Source: Podarcis vaucheri
Lineage: Eukaryota
Length of the DNA stretch: 64,000 nucleotides
Direction: 5' to 3' (one strand)
NCBI GenBank assembly: GCA_965113315.1
Contig: OZ220375.1
Shown here: positions 23,129 through 37,509 of the stretch, in pieces
How the letters are laid out: every line of letters begins with the position of its first letter
Numbering within the stretch: position 1 is the stretch's first letter
Notes under the pieces: model-generated
Databases searched by the model: none
The model's input: the letters and a program-made list of their open reading frames with translations, nothing else
What the model was told of the DNA's origin: nothing
Program-made: the position numbers and the translations under genes

Positions 23129-26100
23129 TCATTCTAGGCCAATCCACTTCTTCACCACGCTTAGGATATCTCCAGCTAAAAGCAGCACCTCCTTCTCCTT
23201 GCATCTAAGGAAAGCCTCATTGGGAATGGTGGGTGAATTGTGGTAGCTGGGATACTGCGTTCTCTTGTCATCCACGCCATGCTGCCGGAGTTCCTCAATC
23301 TGATCAGGCAGCTTTTCCAACTCCTGTCCATAAGAAGCTACCTTACTAGCCAGCATTGGAAGAGTCAGATTCCTGTCAAAGCGACCTCCCTGGTAGTATT
23401 CAACTGCTGTCAGGGCTTTCTCCACTGTCCGGTAAGTCTTGTAAAGCAGCCATTCAGTGCTACCCTGACCAGCACTACTGGCTGCCGCCTTCAGATCACA
23501 CTTGGCTTGCCTTAGCCAGCGCCTGGCCTCCTCCAAGCAGTGAAGTTTTGATTGATCCTTTGAATACTTTGGCCCTCTCTGATGGAAGGACCAGAAGTTG
23601 TAGTTGCAGTGGCCTCCTCCTCCACCCCCACCCCACCCTCCTCCACCCCCACCCCATCTTTGCCTGGTGAATTCTGTACGCCTCTCTTGATGATGATGAG
23701 CTTGCTGGTCCCATTCACCCCAAAATTCAGAGCTCCTCTTGTAGGAACCTCTACTTTTGGGTCCCCCTCTGGAGCCACTGGGTGTTCTATTGTTCTCCAT
23801 CTCCTGGATCTTGTCTTTAAGGTATTTGAAAATTTCATTGGCAGAATCCTCTTGACCTATGTTTTTATCTGGGTGGTAGCACAGATAGAGTCTTCTTAAA
23901 GCCTTCCTCCTCTCATCCTCTGACAAGCTCCAGATTTCAGCCAAGCAGGCATCCACTTCTTTCTTTATCTCACTCAGTGGCCTCTCGTACCAATTGCCGC
24001 TTGTAAGTGGTCTTGCAGTACTGCTAGCACCAGGGGAGCCTTCTGCCAAGACCACAGCTTTACTCAGATCAGATGCAGAGTTATTCCTCCGGAAATGGTA
24101 AAGGTCATAGGCACTGACCTCTGCATGCTGCCCTCCTCCCAAGTCAACAAGGTATGTGTGTACTTGGCCAGTACCGCTCTGCCGTGGCCCAAGGGCTTCA
24201 AGGACCACAGCGTAGAGGTAATGCTCTCTGGGCTTGGAAGAATCCAGGTAACCCACGTAATCTTCTGGCAGAAAGGTGTGGAGGATGCTCATGTCCAGGC
24301 TGTCATACCATTCCTCAGGGATGTCCTCTCCAGGAGGAGGCAGGATATAGGCATTTAGGTTTGCTGGCAGCTGCAAGGGCACTTTGTTTTTCTCTAGCAC
24401 CTCAGCAATTTCCTTAGGCCTTTGGCAAACCAAAATCTGCCCAAGGACCATCAGGGCATCCAGGTTAAATCTTTGTCCTAAAAGCCTATTCAGTTCTGTG
24501 GCTAAATTGCCAGAGAACTCCACAGCCCACTGTGCACCTTTGCTCTCCTGGTGTGCAAGGTAAAGCTGCAGTTTGCCATCTGGCATTGTTGCAGCATACA
24601 CTGTCTTGGCACACTGGGTTCCTTCCATGCTCTGCGAATTGTGCACCATGGTTGTGCACACTTTTTCACAACAAACCACTTCTAGCCGCTCCGGTGAGAA
24701 GTGTCCTTCAAACATGCATTCCACTTCCTCTACTTTTGTCCCACCCTGCCATTTAAGCAGTGCAACCAGAGCATGCTGGAACTCGCAAGACATGAGTAGT
24801 TCTTGTAGCCAGTTTTGGAACTCACAGTGTTCCCCATAGGTACAGAGTTTCAGAGAGGACTCTTCCAGCTGCTCTTCAGTGATATCTGACAAGTTCTTGG
24901 GGCGCAAGGCTTCAGGCAGCTGATGCAGAAGCCTCTGCTGCTTATACTTGTCGTAAGGTAGCTGACATATTGAGAGATCTATCAGAAAGCGAAATTTGCA
25001 CTGCAAGCCCTGGGGTTCCTGGCCAGACTTGTAAAAACTAAAGATGAGGCTGTTTGATGGATATAGCTTCCCATCAACACAAGGCAGATGCAGTTCTTTC
25101 AGCTCTGAGAAATCCATTTGATCCTTTGCTTCATCTAAGAGCTGGAAGAGCAACTGAGTGGCCCTGAGCACTGTTTTGGTGAGGTTGGCATGCAGTTTAG
25201 CCTGCCTTACAGTCTCTGCATGAATTCTGGCCAGAACACTGGCATAGTGATGGATGCTTGCCTCATCTTCCACTCCCAATTTCTCCAGGACATCCATATA
25301 GACAGCTAGCTTTGGTGGTAGCTTGTAAAGATACGGCCGGAAGTCCTTTGGGTATTTTAATGAGACCACCACATTCTGGGCCTCTGCTACCTCACTGTCA
25401 TCCACTAGTATCACAGGGAATCCCTTTAAGCAGGCAGTCTCTAACATTTGCTGTTGCGACAAATAGCCATAAGCTGACTTTAGGACATCCTCTCGAGTTT
25501 TCCTAGCTTTTGGAGTGTCACATGGTGCCTGGCATACGTTTCTTAGATTCTCCAAGACTAAATGGGCTGGCAAGGTGCGCAGCACTCCCAGTTGTTTTAG
25601 GATGGTTTCTTTATTTTCCCCAACATATTCAACAGAAGGCAGAATGACCGCTGAAGTCCACACCAGGTCTGCTTTCACAGTTAACAAGGAACCTTGGGGT
25701 GCCACAGGAGTATTACACGGCACGTATGGCAAGTGAAGGCAACACAGATCTTCAGAGATCTTCTTTGGCAATAGGAAACGGATCTTGGACACTGTTTCCA
25801 GGAAGGCCTCTGAGAAGTTTTCACTGGAAAGCAAGTAGCTCCAGAGTGCTCTCCTCCTTTTATCAAGATCATGGGCACCGTCCTTCTGTTCTCCAGCCCT
25901 CAATGCTTCTTTTGCAATTTGGGTAGCCAACACTATAAAGCATTCCTCGGAGATCTCTTGCTGCAAGCCCACATCAAGTAAGAACTCTTTCAACTCCCAT
26001 ATATTCTCTGGCCACACTGAGTCATAGAATTTGCGTGGCACAAACAGAGAATCCATTCTCAACTCCTTGAAACACATTTTCTCCTCATAAAAATAGGACA

Positions 26101-29100
26101 CAGGACGCATCACACCTTGCTTGTCCCGGATGAAGGCGAAAGACTGGAATGTTGTCACCACTGTCTTTTTCTCGGCCTGATATTCCTTAGGATAATGCCT
26201 CTTGATAAGGAGGAGTAATCTCACAGCCTCCAGTACACGAGCTTCGGGAAGATGGGACAGCCGAGGCAAAAGCTGCTGTACAAACTGCTGCAAATCGTTC
26301 ATTACACCAATGCTCAAGCTCTTACTGAGATGTCGGTTCAGCAAGCTATCGCTCAGCAGGACAGTCTTCTCATCTACCTCATAAAGCTCCTGGAAGTTCT
26401 TGGTTTCCTTTGGAATCTTGGACTCCAAGATGTAGATATTCCTGTATGAAGCCAACGAAACGTGCTTCCCTTGGTGTGTTTTAAACACAGGCAAGGATTT
26501 CAACTTGCTTAGCAATCGATGGTCATTCTTCAGCGTCTCCAGTTGGCTGCTTAGGAACCGCAACAGCGCTTGAAACTCCCACCCTTTGAGCGCATCCCAA
26601 CACAGGTCATGATGAGCTGCCAGTTGTTCCAGCACTACTGTAGGATTCTCGATCTGCAACACACATGGCAGAATGCAATGTGCAGCGAGCTTTGGAGGCA
26701 AAAGAGAGGAGTCCAACTTGGAAAAGCCCAGTTTGTGGAGAATTTCAGTAACAGGGCCTTCTTGACCAGGCATTATCGTGTTGAGGGACTCAAGAGGAAC
26801 CAAGAACTTAGTGCAGCCACAACACACAGGGAGCATGGCACAACCTTTGAAGAGGGAAACTAGCTCTGCAAACATCTTTTTCATCGTGTCTGAATTCGCA
26901 GTCATGCAGATCTGGTTCTCAAAGAAAGCCCACAATTCACTGAGCCATTTCTGGCCTTTATCAGTACTGACCCTGTTGTCCAAAGACAGCATCTCCTTGA
27001 TGAAGGCCACAGAATCATCGAGTGTAAAATCCTTTAGGAACCCCATATTTACTAATAGCTGCTTGGCCTTTCCATCAATTCGGCAGCGAAAGAAACAGTC
27101 CTGATGGTGTGGGAAAAGATGGTGCACACTGCTATGGTATGGAGGACACTGCTGAGTGAAGCACCTCAGCATGTTATCTTGGGTCACCAGCAAAGGGAGA
27201 CCTTCCAAGCAGCTTTTGTCATCAGGAAGAAGCTTACTGAGGCAGAACTCGAGGAGAGCAGAACAGTCGCAGCTATTCTTCACAGGTGTCAGATGAAGTG
27301 GGCAGGGCAGGAGAAAGTTGGGCAGGTTCTTGAGGAAGCAGCAGAGGGAAGGAGAATCGAGGGTTAGGATATCAACTCCTGCCTTGACAAAATGGTCGCG
27401 TACCAATTGCAAATGTTGGAAGGCAGGGACAAAATTCATGCCCAGACTCTGAAGAGTAAGCTCAAGAACCTCACTTATCTCAGATGGCAGGAAATAGGGA
27501 TCACTGGTTGGGTGGCCCAGTCTGGGTGCACTCCAGTGCACACTCACTTCTTCCATCTTAAATCCATACTTGAAATTAATCTCCTTCTGGTACACAGGGA
27601 CCAAGGGAAGTTGCTCCATGTATGCCAGTTCATACACACGGGTCACCAGCTGTTGCCATGCTGGGGGGACATCCCTTGTCACAAATGGGAAATACTGCAA
27701 ATAGTTTGATTCCAGCCACTTCTCACATGCAGTCAGGGAGTGGAACTGCAGTGGTGTATCATTCAGCGCCTGGCGCAGCTCATAAAGCAAGTGGCAGTAC
27801 AATGGGGCAATGAGACACTGCAGCAGCGAGTTATTCCAGGACATATTGGCACCACCTTCACCATCATCCTTCCGCAAGCCACGGCGAGCAGAGTCCACAG
27901 CAAAGTTCCCATTGATGTGGATGGGAAGTCCTGTTTCTTCCAGAAGCGGCAGTGTGCAGAAGGCCCTACCAGGTGGCCGTCCATCAAAACAAGCTGCCAC
28001 ACCCCCACACGCCAAGTCCATGTTTTGCACGGTATTGTCACTCTCAAGCCCAATCTGCCTACCTACCAGCCAGTTGCTGGAAACGTTGGAGATACTACTC
28101 TTCACCTTCATTCTGTAGAAGACTCTCATTGGCTCGCCATCATCCATTCCACCTGCTGCAGCAGCCTGTTGGAGACGCTTCTGGTATTCCAGTCTTTCAG
28201 GCTCACCACCTTCAGCCTCTACCCGCAGCACCTCCTTCGGTGTCCCTCCCCTCTCACTTATTATAGAGAAGACCACGCAGCGAACGTGGTTGAGGAACAT
28301 CACAAGGCTGTCGGCTTCTTCAATGAGAGCCACCACAATTTTCTTCATGTCTTGCTCGGACACAGAGCTCTGGCAGATACGGGATGAGGCTGCACCATCA
28401 GGAGTACGTAAGGGTAACCGGAAAACTGTGCCTTGTTCCAAGTTAAACACATCAGGTAAAAAGGTATTATAAACATCACGGATGGTGTCTTTGACTTCTT
28501 TAGCAAGGTTGTACATTCCACCAGGTGAGATCTCATCAGAATCAGGGAGGTAGTGCAACATGGGGTCAAAGACGCACAGAGCACTGTCCCCCGTCACAAA
28601 GGCAGGGCAGTCAGTCAAGTGATAAACTGTACTGAAACCTAGTCCATATTTGCCGGTAGCATCTCTCCTCTCACCTTTGCCACCAGAACCCAAGCGCTGG
28701 ATCCCTTCTATGTCACACCTTTGGAAGGTGCGGTCATTGTAGATGCAAAGTGCCGGGCCTTGAAGTTCATTCCACTCCTTGCTGAAGACGCGATCAGTCG
28801 GGTGCTGTCGCCGATCCCAGACAAAGTGGACAAGATTTGCACCCGCATCGTCTGCATTCTGCAGCAGCTCCTTTAGCACATCCTGTGAAGAGGAGTACTC
28901 ACGGAGGATGTTGGCCAGCCGGGTACAGATTTCTTCCTTGGCTCCAAAATCTGTGGCCCAGGAAGAGAGACCCTGAATCCGCTGGCGTGACAAGACACGT
29001 CCTTTTGTGGTCTGAATGCCACAGCGCATAGCAATTTCCCGCGGGATCATGGCATGACAGAGCAGGGTCCCTTTCTCATGCGGAAGCCATGGTGTGTCAT

Positions 29101-32100
29101 CAAAGAGGAGTTTGGGCAATGGACGAAGGACTTTGTGTTTGTCTGGGAAAAATACACTCTGGGCTTCATAAGGACTCAACTGTTGACCCTCTGGCAGGGC
29201 TTCGGCCAGCCCTACAGTGATCAACCTGACAACTAGGTCCAGATGCCCTTTGGAAAGAGACTGTCCAGCTCCCTCCTTGGCCAAAGTCTGCAACACAGTG
29301 GCATAGTCCTTCACTTTGAAAGTCGCAGGCAACCCAACACACTCCCACAGCATCTTTTGCTTCTGGTACTCCTGAGGCAGCTGGAAGAGGTATGGAGCAG
29401 CATCAAAGAACAGGCAATGGGCCACACTGCACACTGACACAAAGCCAGTGTCCATGAAAACAAAGGGGAATGTCCTTGCCCTTTGGGACACCTCCACCTT
29501 GGACAGAGGGTTCATCTGCACTATTTCATTCAGGAACGCATAGCAGATTTGTGCTATGTTTCCCAGCTCCGTTCTGGACAGGGCATTGGAACTACGTGAT
29601 GCTTCCTCCAGTTGTGTCAGCACTGTAGATACTGGCGGCTGGCGATTCAGTCCTAGGAATTCCTTTAGCTCCATGGAGAGCTTCAAGCCTTTACCAAGGG
29701 CTGTCTTGTCCAGGACAGGCTCAGTCAAGCCTACCAGGGGGTGCTGCTTATGGCAGTAAACCTCTTTGGGGCAGCAGAGTTTGCGTTGGTTAGCAGGTAG
29801 TACTGCTGGCAAGAAGGGAATGTCTCTGAAAGTAACCTGGGTAGTGTTGCTGTAGCTTTCCTGCAGGTGGTCCTCAAGGAGCTCTAGGATGCAGCGGGCA
29901 CGCTGGCAGGCCTTGACTGGGTCATGACTCCACAAGGCTGCCACAGTTCTGGCTCGGGCTATCAGTTCCTCCATTTCTACACAATCTTTGGCCATGCCAA
30001 GATGCTCCAAGCGCAACAGCCTCTCTGGTTCCAGAAACCCTGTGCCCGTGGGGAAACGGCCATCTTCAGGAGCGTAGAGAGGTGCAGCGCAGCCCCTTGG
30101 GTGTACAAGTTCTTTAATGTTTCTCAGCAAACTATTGGGGACAGTTGGAATGCAAGGCCAGGATGTCAGGATCTTATTCACGCCAGCATCATTCATATCC
30201 AGAGCACGAAGAATGAGGACATCGCGATCAGGCACTGCCAGCTGAGCAAGATTGGGCAAAACAAGCTCACAGAGGAATCGTGCCCAATTGTAGGTGTTTG
30301 GCAACAGGACGTCCCCCTGGATGCAATCTCTGAAGTTCATCTTCACCCAATCTGGAACTGACACCGCCATCTTTGGCTCTGGCAAAAGTAAAGAGAAGAC
30401 CCTCAAAGCTATAGGTTCCAGATGCTCCTGACAGGTAATGTCAGAATTGAGGATACAGGCATCCCGGGCTGGGCACCATCGCTGTCCATCAGAAAAGAGA
30501 ACTGGCTGTTCCCCATCAACACCATTGACTAAGGCTTGGTAGAAGGCCTTGACTGTTTCACTGAATGGGTGCTTGGCACTGCGCACGTCAGGCCAGAAAG
30601 CATGGTACTCATAGTCCTCCAGCAATCCTTCCTCGTACATGTCCCGGAGCAGGGACAGTGCTCCAAGCCAGGCACCCAGCACGGAATCCCGTAAGAGTGC
30701 CTTGTTCCATTTCCCCTTCTCAGTAGCTTCCCAGAGTCCTTTGCGATTACTCTGCACAGCAAAGACTGCCGTGAGATGCAACGGGAGTCCAGTTTCAATA
30801 GGAAGAGGTAGAAAGCAGAAGGCACGGCCCTTAAAACCATCTACACCTGGAACCCATTTTCCAGCAGCAGTGGCGGGGCGGAGGGCCAAAGCAACGCTAG
30901 CAACAGGAGGCGAGAAATGGACATCCTTTTCTTTTTCCTGTTTGAAGACCTGAAGGGCTTCTCCTTGAGCAGAGCAGGAGTGCAGCAGGTAATGGCTGGT
31001 GACCACACTCGACTTCCATGTTGCTGTCAACTGCACAATAGTGGACGTACCCATCCTGACAAGTGCTTTCCTGCTCACTGTGGCTAATGGCTGGGTGGTT
31101 TCTGGGGAACTGGAACCATGAGGAAGGTGGGTCAGTGACACCTCCTGCACTTTTCTCAGGAAGATCAGCAGGTACTTGTACATCTCCCGGAAACCAATTT
31201 GCAAGGATTTGATTCGACTGGGTCCAAACGGATCACAGCAGATCTGAGAGTCCTCTGCCTCCTCCTCAGTGCGGAAGGGCAGGCGGAGGAGCGTGCCTTG
31301 GTAATCATCTCCAGGTTGACAGCCAAAGATTCCTCTGAACGGTCGAAATTGTTCAGGAAATCCAGCAGCGACTTTTCGGTTCAATGTGAGACGCATGCCT
31401 GGTTGGCCTGAATTACGGATATGCTTCCGAAGGTGGGTGATGTTTGGGTCAAAGATGAGCATGGTGTGGCCACTGAGAAGAGAGGGCACATCAGTGATGT
31501 GGTAGACAGTGCAGAAGCCCAGCCCAAAGCGACCAATCTTGTCATCCTGCCGTTCCTTGGTAGCTGCACCTAGACGGATGATGTTGGAGAAATCTGTCTC
31601 GGTGAAGAACGCATCATTCTGGGCCCAAAGTGCGGGGCCCTGGCAGGCAGCCATGCCCGGGTCCAGGAGTCCTTCAGTGGTACCGTTATGCTCACGGAGA
31701 TCGACTAGGAAGCGGCAAGTTTGGGCGCCAGCATCCTCAGCATTTTGCAGCAGTTCCAGGAACACATCTGCATCCTGGCTGTATTCACGAAGGATGTTAC
31801 GGATCCGGAGGGTGATTGGCTCCGAAGGACCCCACGCCTGAGCCTCCAACACTTCCAAGCCTGAAAACCGTGTGCTTAGCATTTCCACACCATGGAAGGT
31901 AGCAGTGGCAGAGGAAACAGATTCATGCACCAAAGTAGGTGGGTCGCCATCCAGCTCAGCAAGGTGCGCCCGATCCATATCACAGTACAGCACAGAACTG
32001 GCCGGGCGTAGAACAAAACCGGACAGTCCTTGAATCCGCACAGGCACTGGCATTTCCCTTTCTCCATGGTAGCCACGAGCGCACAGCCAGTCTAGGACAG

Positions 32101-33930
32101 CTATCACGAGGAGCAGTTCAGCATGCATGCCGCCTTGTGGTCGGGCATTGATTTGATCTGCCAACTTCTGCATTGCTTGGCACACTTCCTCCTCTTGTGG
32201 TAACTTATGGACCCCCCATGCTGCAAACAGCTGGCTGTAACCTTGGAAGTCCAGAGGCACTCGTGGCATCAGGGCTGTAAGGTCTAAGCCATCAGGGTAG
32301 GCCAGCACCACATCTGCAGCCAAGGAGAAGCCAGTCCCATTCCACACCACAGGTCCCACAGGTGGCTTCTGGAAGTCCCGCAGGTGCTGTTGCATGTGCC
32401 GATAGATGCTGTGCAGCTTTGTAGTTAACACAAAAGCCTCCTCAGGGTGACATCCCTGTGCCAAGGCAGCTAGATTCTCCATCACGTTCTCTGGTGGAGG
32501 AGAGTTCTCCAGACCCAGTTCTTTTGCAGCTTCTGGCCGAAAAGCATTAGTCAGTCCCATGACCAGCCCGACAAGAGCAGCGTACTTCTCCGAGCGAAGC
32601 AATTCAGGTGCCAAGAAATCTCCAGCTGCCGCCAATGTGGAAGTGTTGGTGGCAGGCACCCAAGGCAGGGACCGCAGCCGCTTCAGCTCCTTTAAGGAGA
32701 AGTGTGAGAGTAGAGGAGTCTCATTGCAGACCCGGATGAGTGCCTGTGATTTGGCACTGGCATCTGCAGCCTCTTGCAGTTGACCAACTTCCTCTGCAGC
32801 CATCAATGCATCTGCTGGACAGACAGCACTGAGATCAGATTTCAGGCCCAGAACACGAAGGGTTCGCAGTGCTGCTGGCTCCCGGAAGGGCCCTGTGGGG
32901 AAGCGGCAAGGTCTCAATAAATCCTGCAAAGTGCGATTCTCTGGATCATAGAGGTCACTGGGCCTGCCCAACCTTCCTGATCCGCAATCCAGGAATGGCA
33001 GCTCACGACACAAAGTTTGCAGCTCTCGGCTCTGGCTGAAGAGGGAGTCCCCATTGTGCAGCACCCACAGCATGAGCCGCTTGGCTTCCTGTGCCCAACT
33101 GGCATATGCCCCCTTCGTCATCGCCTTGATGCACAGCAGGCACAGATCCGGTGTCCCCAGCAGCTTCTGCCCGATTAGCAAGAGCAGGTGGCGTTCAGCT
33201 TCATTCTGACACAACAGCACAGGCTCTGGAGTTAGCAGATCCGAGGGCACTGGTGGAACCAGGTTCTTCTCTAAAGCCAGGTGGTGCTGGGCTGGCACCA
33301 AGCCAGACCTGGTGGGTGGAAGGAGGGAGGGCATCTTGAAGAAGAGTGGCAACTCAGTTAGGACTTCGGCTTCTTTGGGGGAAAGCGACGCAGCCGTGGA
33401 GAAAAAAGCACTCAGGCTCTTGATCTGGCAGGTGGGCAGAGATGCAACGCGACCAGCCACAGATGCCACCCCTAAATGGGCAAAGACCTGCAAGACACTC
33501 CCAGGCGTGGGTTCTAGGATGTACTCTCTCAGCTGGTGGTGGCACCATTCTGGCTGCCAGCTCCGGACCATAGTGCATCCCAGTCTCTCCAGAATGCCAG
33601 CCACTTCGTCCGGCAGACAACGCCCCTCATGGCTCTGGAACAGCAGAGTAGGCTGAGGCAGCAGCCGTGCCAATTGGATTCCACTGTGGGAGTTCTGTAG
33701 AGGAGTCAGTGGTATCAGGGGGCATCCCTTGAAGGGTGCCAGGGAGGGAGCATGGCGACTCAGGAAACTCCAGAAAGCAGAAAGCCACTCAAGCGGGGGC
33801 TGTTTTGGGTACTCCTTTGGGCACCAAGCTACAGGAGCAGGGTTGCTGCTGACCCAGTCCTTAGGGAGAGATCCACGAAGGTTCTGCTCAATGACATTTT
33901 GATCCATGGAAACAAAGTTCCTGAATAACC
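23129..33930 (-). CDS. Sacsin-like protein, giant last coding exon (10,802 bp): SRR2, SRR3, J domain, HEPN
   Basis: Open frame with [46 protein letters not shown] and EARRWLRQAKCDL; acceptor (ct)n-catattcag at 33931, phase 1 matches the upstream exon. Confidence 0.95.
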
Positions 33931-34926
33931 CTGAATATGAGAGAGAGAGAGAGGGAGAGAGAGAGAAATCAGCAACCACCATTTGTGTGCACTTGCATTT
34001 CCTGTTGGGAGCAAAGTGGCTATGTATACACGACTTCTATGCCCAGCACTGAAAACTACTTTGGATGCAACCGAACTCCAATATGTATAGGTCTGTGAAT
34101 GATTTGGTATCGCAATGATGCTAGAGCACTGCTGAAGCAAAGTGAGCCTGAAACTGATCAGCGTACCAAAAACCAGCGTGGTATAGTGATTACAGCAGGC
34201 AGATGCAAACTGTGGCCCATCAGATATTGCTAAACTACAACTCCCATCATCCCAGGCCATTGGCCATGATTAAGGGAACTGGTGAAAGTTGTAGTTTGTC
34301 AACATCGAGAGGGCCAAATGTTGCCTGCCCCTGGATTAGAAAATAAGACTAAGGCAAAGGAGGACAACCTTCAGCCCTTGCTCTAATTTCATGCAGGTGG
34401 TGGAGGACGACCCAACAGAGAATGATGGAAGGGTGGTGGAATCCACTGCAAGCGATCAGATCAGACCTTTGACAAGAGTGATCCATCTCTACTGGTGGCT
34501 GGGGGGAAATGTTCCCCAACCCTGTGCTTAAGGGTTCAAATGCCCAAACTAGCTGTTAAGTTAGTTTACTTGGAGACAGCCACTCTACTGCTATTTGGTG
34601 TCACGCTCACTATCTTTCCACCTAATCTATTTTACAGTGTTGCTGGGAGGAGAAAATGGCGCCTGTGTGTAAAAAGCATGTGTTTGTACATGGTAGAACA
34701 TTTACACTGGTGGCAGCCAGCCTGGTGCCCTGTGGATGCTGTGGATTACCATCCCCATAATCTCTGACCGTTGGGCCATGCTGGCTGAGGCTGAAGGAAG
34801 TTGAAGTCAAGCATGGCCAGTGAAAATAGGAGTTGCAGTCTAACAGCATCTTAAGAACATCAGGGTGGGGAACCCATAAAACACCAGAAGCTGATCATGG
34901 TGCACCCAGGAAACTGAAAGTCTCAC

Positions 34927-35015
34927 CCTTTTCTGCAATTGTTTGCAGATGCTTCAGCAGCTCAGGGTTTAGATCCTTGGGCAAGAACTGGTGAGCCAGG
35001 CCAGGCAACAGGATC
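34927..35015 (-). CDS. Sacsin-like coding exon 6 (89 bp)
   Basis: ttttgcag|...|gtgag; encodes (R)ILLPGLAHQFLPKDLNPELLKHLQTIAEK(G); phases 2->1 fit neighbours. Confidence 0.85.
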
Positions 35016-35510
35016 CTGCAAAATCGGCAGAAAGAAACCACAGGTCAGTTAGGAAGGACAAAGGCAGGGTGACAAAGAAAAGGGATGTACTATGGAACAA
35101 GCACCCAGTTAATGCCACTGGTTTATTTATGGGGCTAACCATTTTAGGGAATCAAAGAAATGCAGCATGGGCCTCTTTATCCTGTAGGGCAGTATTTCTC
35201 AGAGTGAAAACTGGGTCTCAAAGAAGTGCAGGCTGGCGCTAGGGGAGACACTGAGCCAAACTATGCATATGAAAACAGTGCATAAAGGCCTCTGTCTCTT
35301 GGTTTGGTGCAATGTCTGAAATGAGCCATAGTGAAGACATTTGTGAACTGCCTTGCAAGGTGTGTATGTGTGCGTGTGCACATGTGTGCATTAACCATTA
35401 TGCAAGTCCATTAATTGGAACATCTAATAGGGAGAGGACATTTAACTGTGGTAGGGCGAAAAGGACAATGTCGGTTTACCCTGGGGATCATATGTGGTAA
35501 GACTGCTCAC

Positions 35511-36945
35511 CTGGGGAAGTTGTGGTTCTCGAGGAAGACTGTCTCTCCAGAATCTCCAAAGCAGGTAAAGTTTCCATTGGCTGTCGGCAGCAGCGGCAGA
35601 TTCTTCAGCTCCTGGTAACACCCATCTCCAACCAAGTACTCCAACAGCAACTGTTTCTCTGTCAAGGATATCCCATGCCACACACTGGTAGTCCGTCGCA
35701 GGGTCTCCCTGACAAACTTTGGTGTGGCCTCTTGCACCACTGCCCTGCCTTTGGCACCCCACACCAAAGCTCGGCGCACATGGAGAGGAGGAGCAGCAAG
35801 TGGTGATCCTGTCAAAATGAGGGCCTTCTCCAGGGCCTTCTCTACTGGTTTACCACTCACTACCTCTGGCAAGATCACGGCTTTGCAGGGGTGGAGCAAA
35901 CGAGGTTCCCCATCCCCGACTCGTACCAAGAGTTTCATGTCCATCAGTGTCTGGCATATCTGAACCACTAAAGGCTTGTATCGGAGTTGTTGGCTTTGGT
36001 CTGGGTCTGGCCACGCCCCATATGGGTTGTCCGGACAGGTAGATGCCAGCAGTACCATTTGGCAATAAGCAACAGGCAACATCTCCTCCATAAGCAAGTG
36101 GTTCCAACGACCATCGGCTCCCCTCGCTTGGGACCCCTCTTCAGACCACTGCACGTGTCTTCTGTCATCTGTCAGCTGGAAAGGGGCACTGATGTGCAGT
36201 GGCAATCCAGTGGTGTTTTCCTCTGTGGCCGGGAGCGGCAGGACGCAGCTGAGGCGTCCCATGCACTTGTCTTGCAAACAGTAAGCCAAGGACAACACAG
36301 GCTTAGAGCTGACCTTCACTGCGAGTTCCCACAGTTCTGGGAAGGCATCCTTTTTCGCTTCAGCAGACAACACAAGCCAGTTGCACTTGCTGGCCTGTCC
36401 AGTCCCAGTGCCACATAGAGTAAGTGTTTTGATGTGGACACCCATGTCCAGTTTAGTGCCCATAGCATCATCAACAAGGTTTGCCTTTCCACTACTGCAT
36501 TCTGCAACTTCCAGCACACCTTGGCTCATGCCCAACCCATTAAATGGGCAAGTGGTGGCCTCGGCCTTCAGCAGCTCACGGATGGCACCATCGGACTCAA
36601 TGAGACCCAACGTCAGTTTCTTGATGTTCCTGAGGAACAGCAAACTAATGGGGGCATCATTCACGAACGAGAGCAGCAGTTTCTGCACCCGTTCTGGAGT
36701 GTAGAGATTTTCTGAGATCTTCGATGGACTCTGTCGTAGCGGGAAGCGAAACAGGGTGCCTGGAAAGCGGCCCTCCGCAGTTGGGCAAGGCTGGCCCAGA
36801 GACCTCAGTGCTGCCCAGAATGGTTGGAACTGGTCGGATGCCTCTTCCCATTCACTCACCTCCCAGAGCTGACCCCCGTCATGTAATGCCATCTGCTGTG
36901 GGTCCAGCACCCCCAAACATTCATCAGAAAGTATAGATGGGAAAT
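35511..36945 (-). CDS. Sacsin-like coding exon 5 (1435 bp), rest of SRR1
   Basis: ctgtttag|...|gtgagc; (D)FPSILSDECLGVLDP...FPGTLFRFPLR...TGLPLHISAPFQLTDDRR. Confidence 0.92.
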
Positions 36946-37362
36946 CTAAACAGAGTGAAGGGAAGGAATTCAGCCATTAAAATGTGGGTGCCCCAGTCTT
37001 GGTTCCTTTCCCCCCTTCATGCTCCTATTTCAATTCATCCTTATCTCTCTCAATTTCCCCCATCTCAATGATGGCATTAGGCATATTTCACTGGGGAGAG
37101 CATTCTACAAATGGGGAGCCACTGTTGAGAAAGCCCATTCTCCCATTCCCTCCCCCTCAGAAGAAGTACACAGACAAAGGTCTCTGAGGATGATTGAGGG
37201 GCCAGGTATGCCGATGTGGGGAGAGAGAGGTGGTCCCTGAGGTCTTGGGGTCCTGAGCTGTCTTCTAGGCCTTTTTCCCTATAATTCTTATGCCTTCCTC
37301 CCAAAGACATCTTGTTTTGAAGATTGACTATCTCCCAAATTGAGCCAGGCAGAACTTCTCAC

Positions 37363-37509
37363 CTGTGATATGGTAAACTGAATTGAAGCCCAAGCCAAAG
37401 CGTCCAACTGTAGAAGGGTCATCCTCCTTGTGACTGATGCCTGGACTCTGGATCCCTTCCCAGTCAGCCTCAGAGAATAGACCATTGTTATAGGCAAGAA
37501 GCGCAGGGC
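37363..37509 (-). CDS. Sacsin-like coding exon 4 (147 bp)
   Basis: tttttcag|...|gtgaga; (G)[48 protein letters not shown]; the ORF track shows a different frame here. Confidence 0.92.

Noticed and set aside
33931-33982. ORF-track start of the 3617-aa protein
   Set aside because: Non-ATG start inside the (CT)n polypyrimidine tract; the exon begins at 33930
35507-36916. 469-aa ORF as a separate gene
   Set aside because: It is an internal exon of the sacsin-like gene with phase-compatible splice sites
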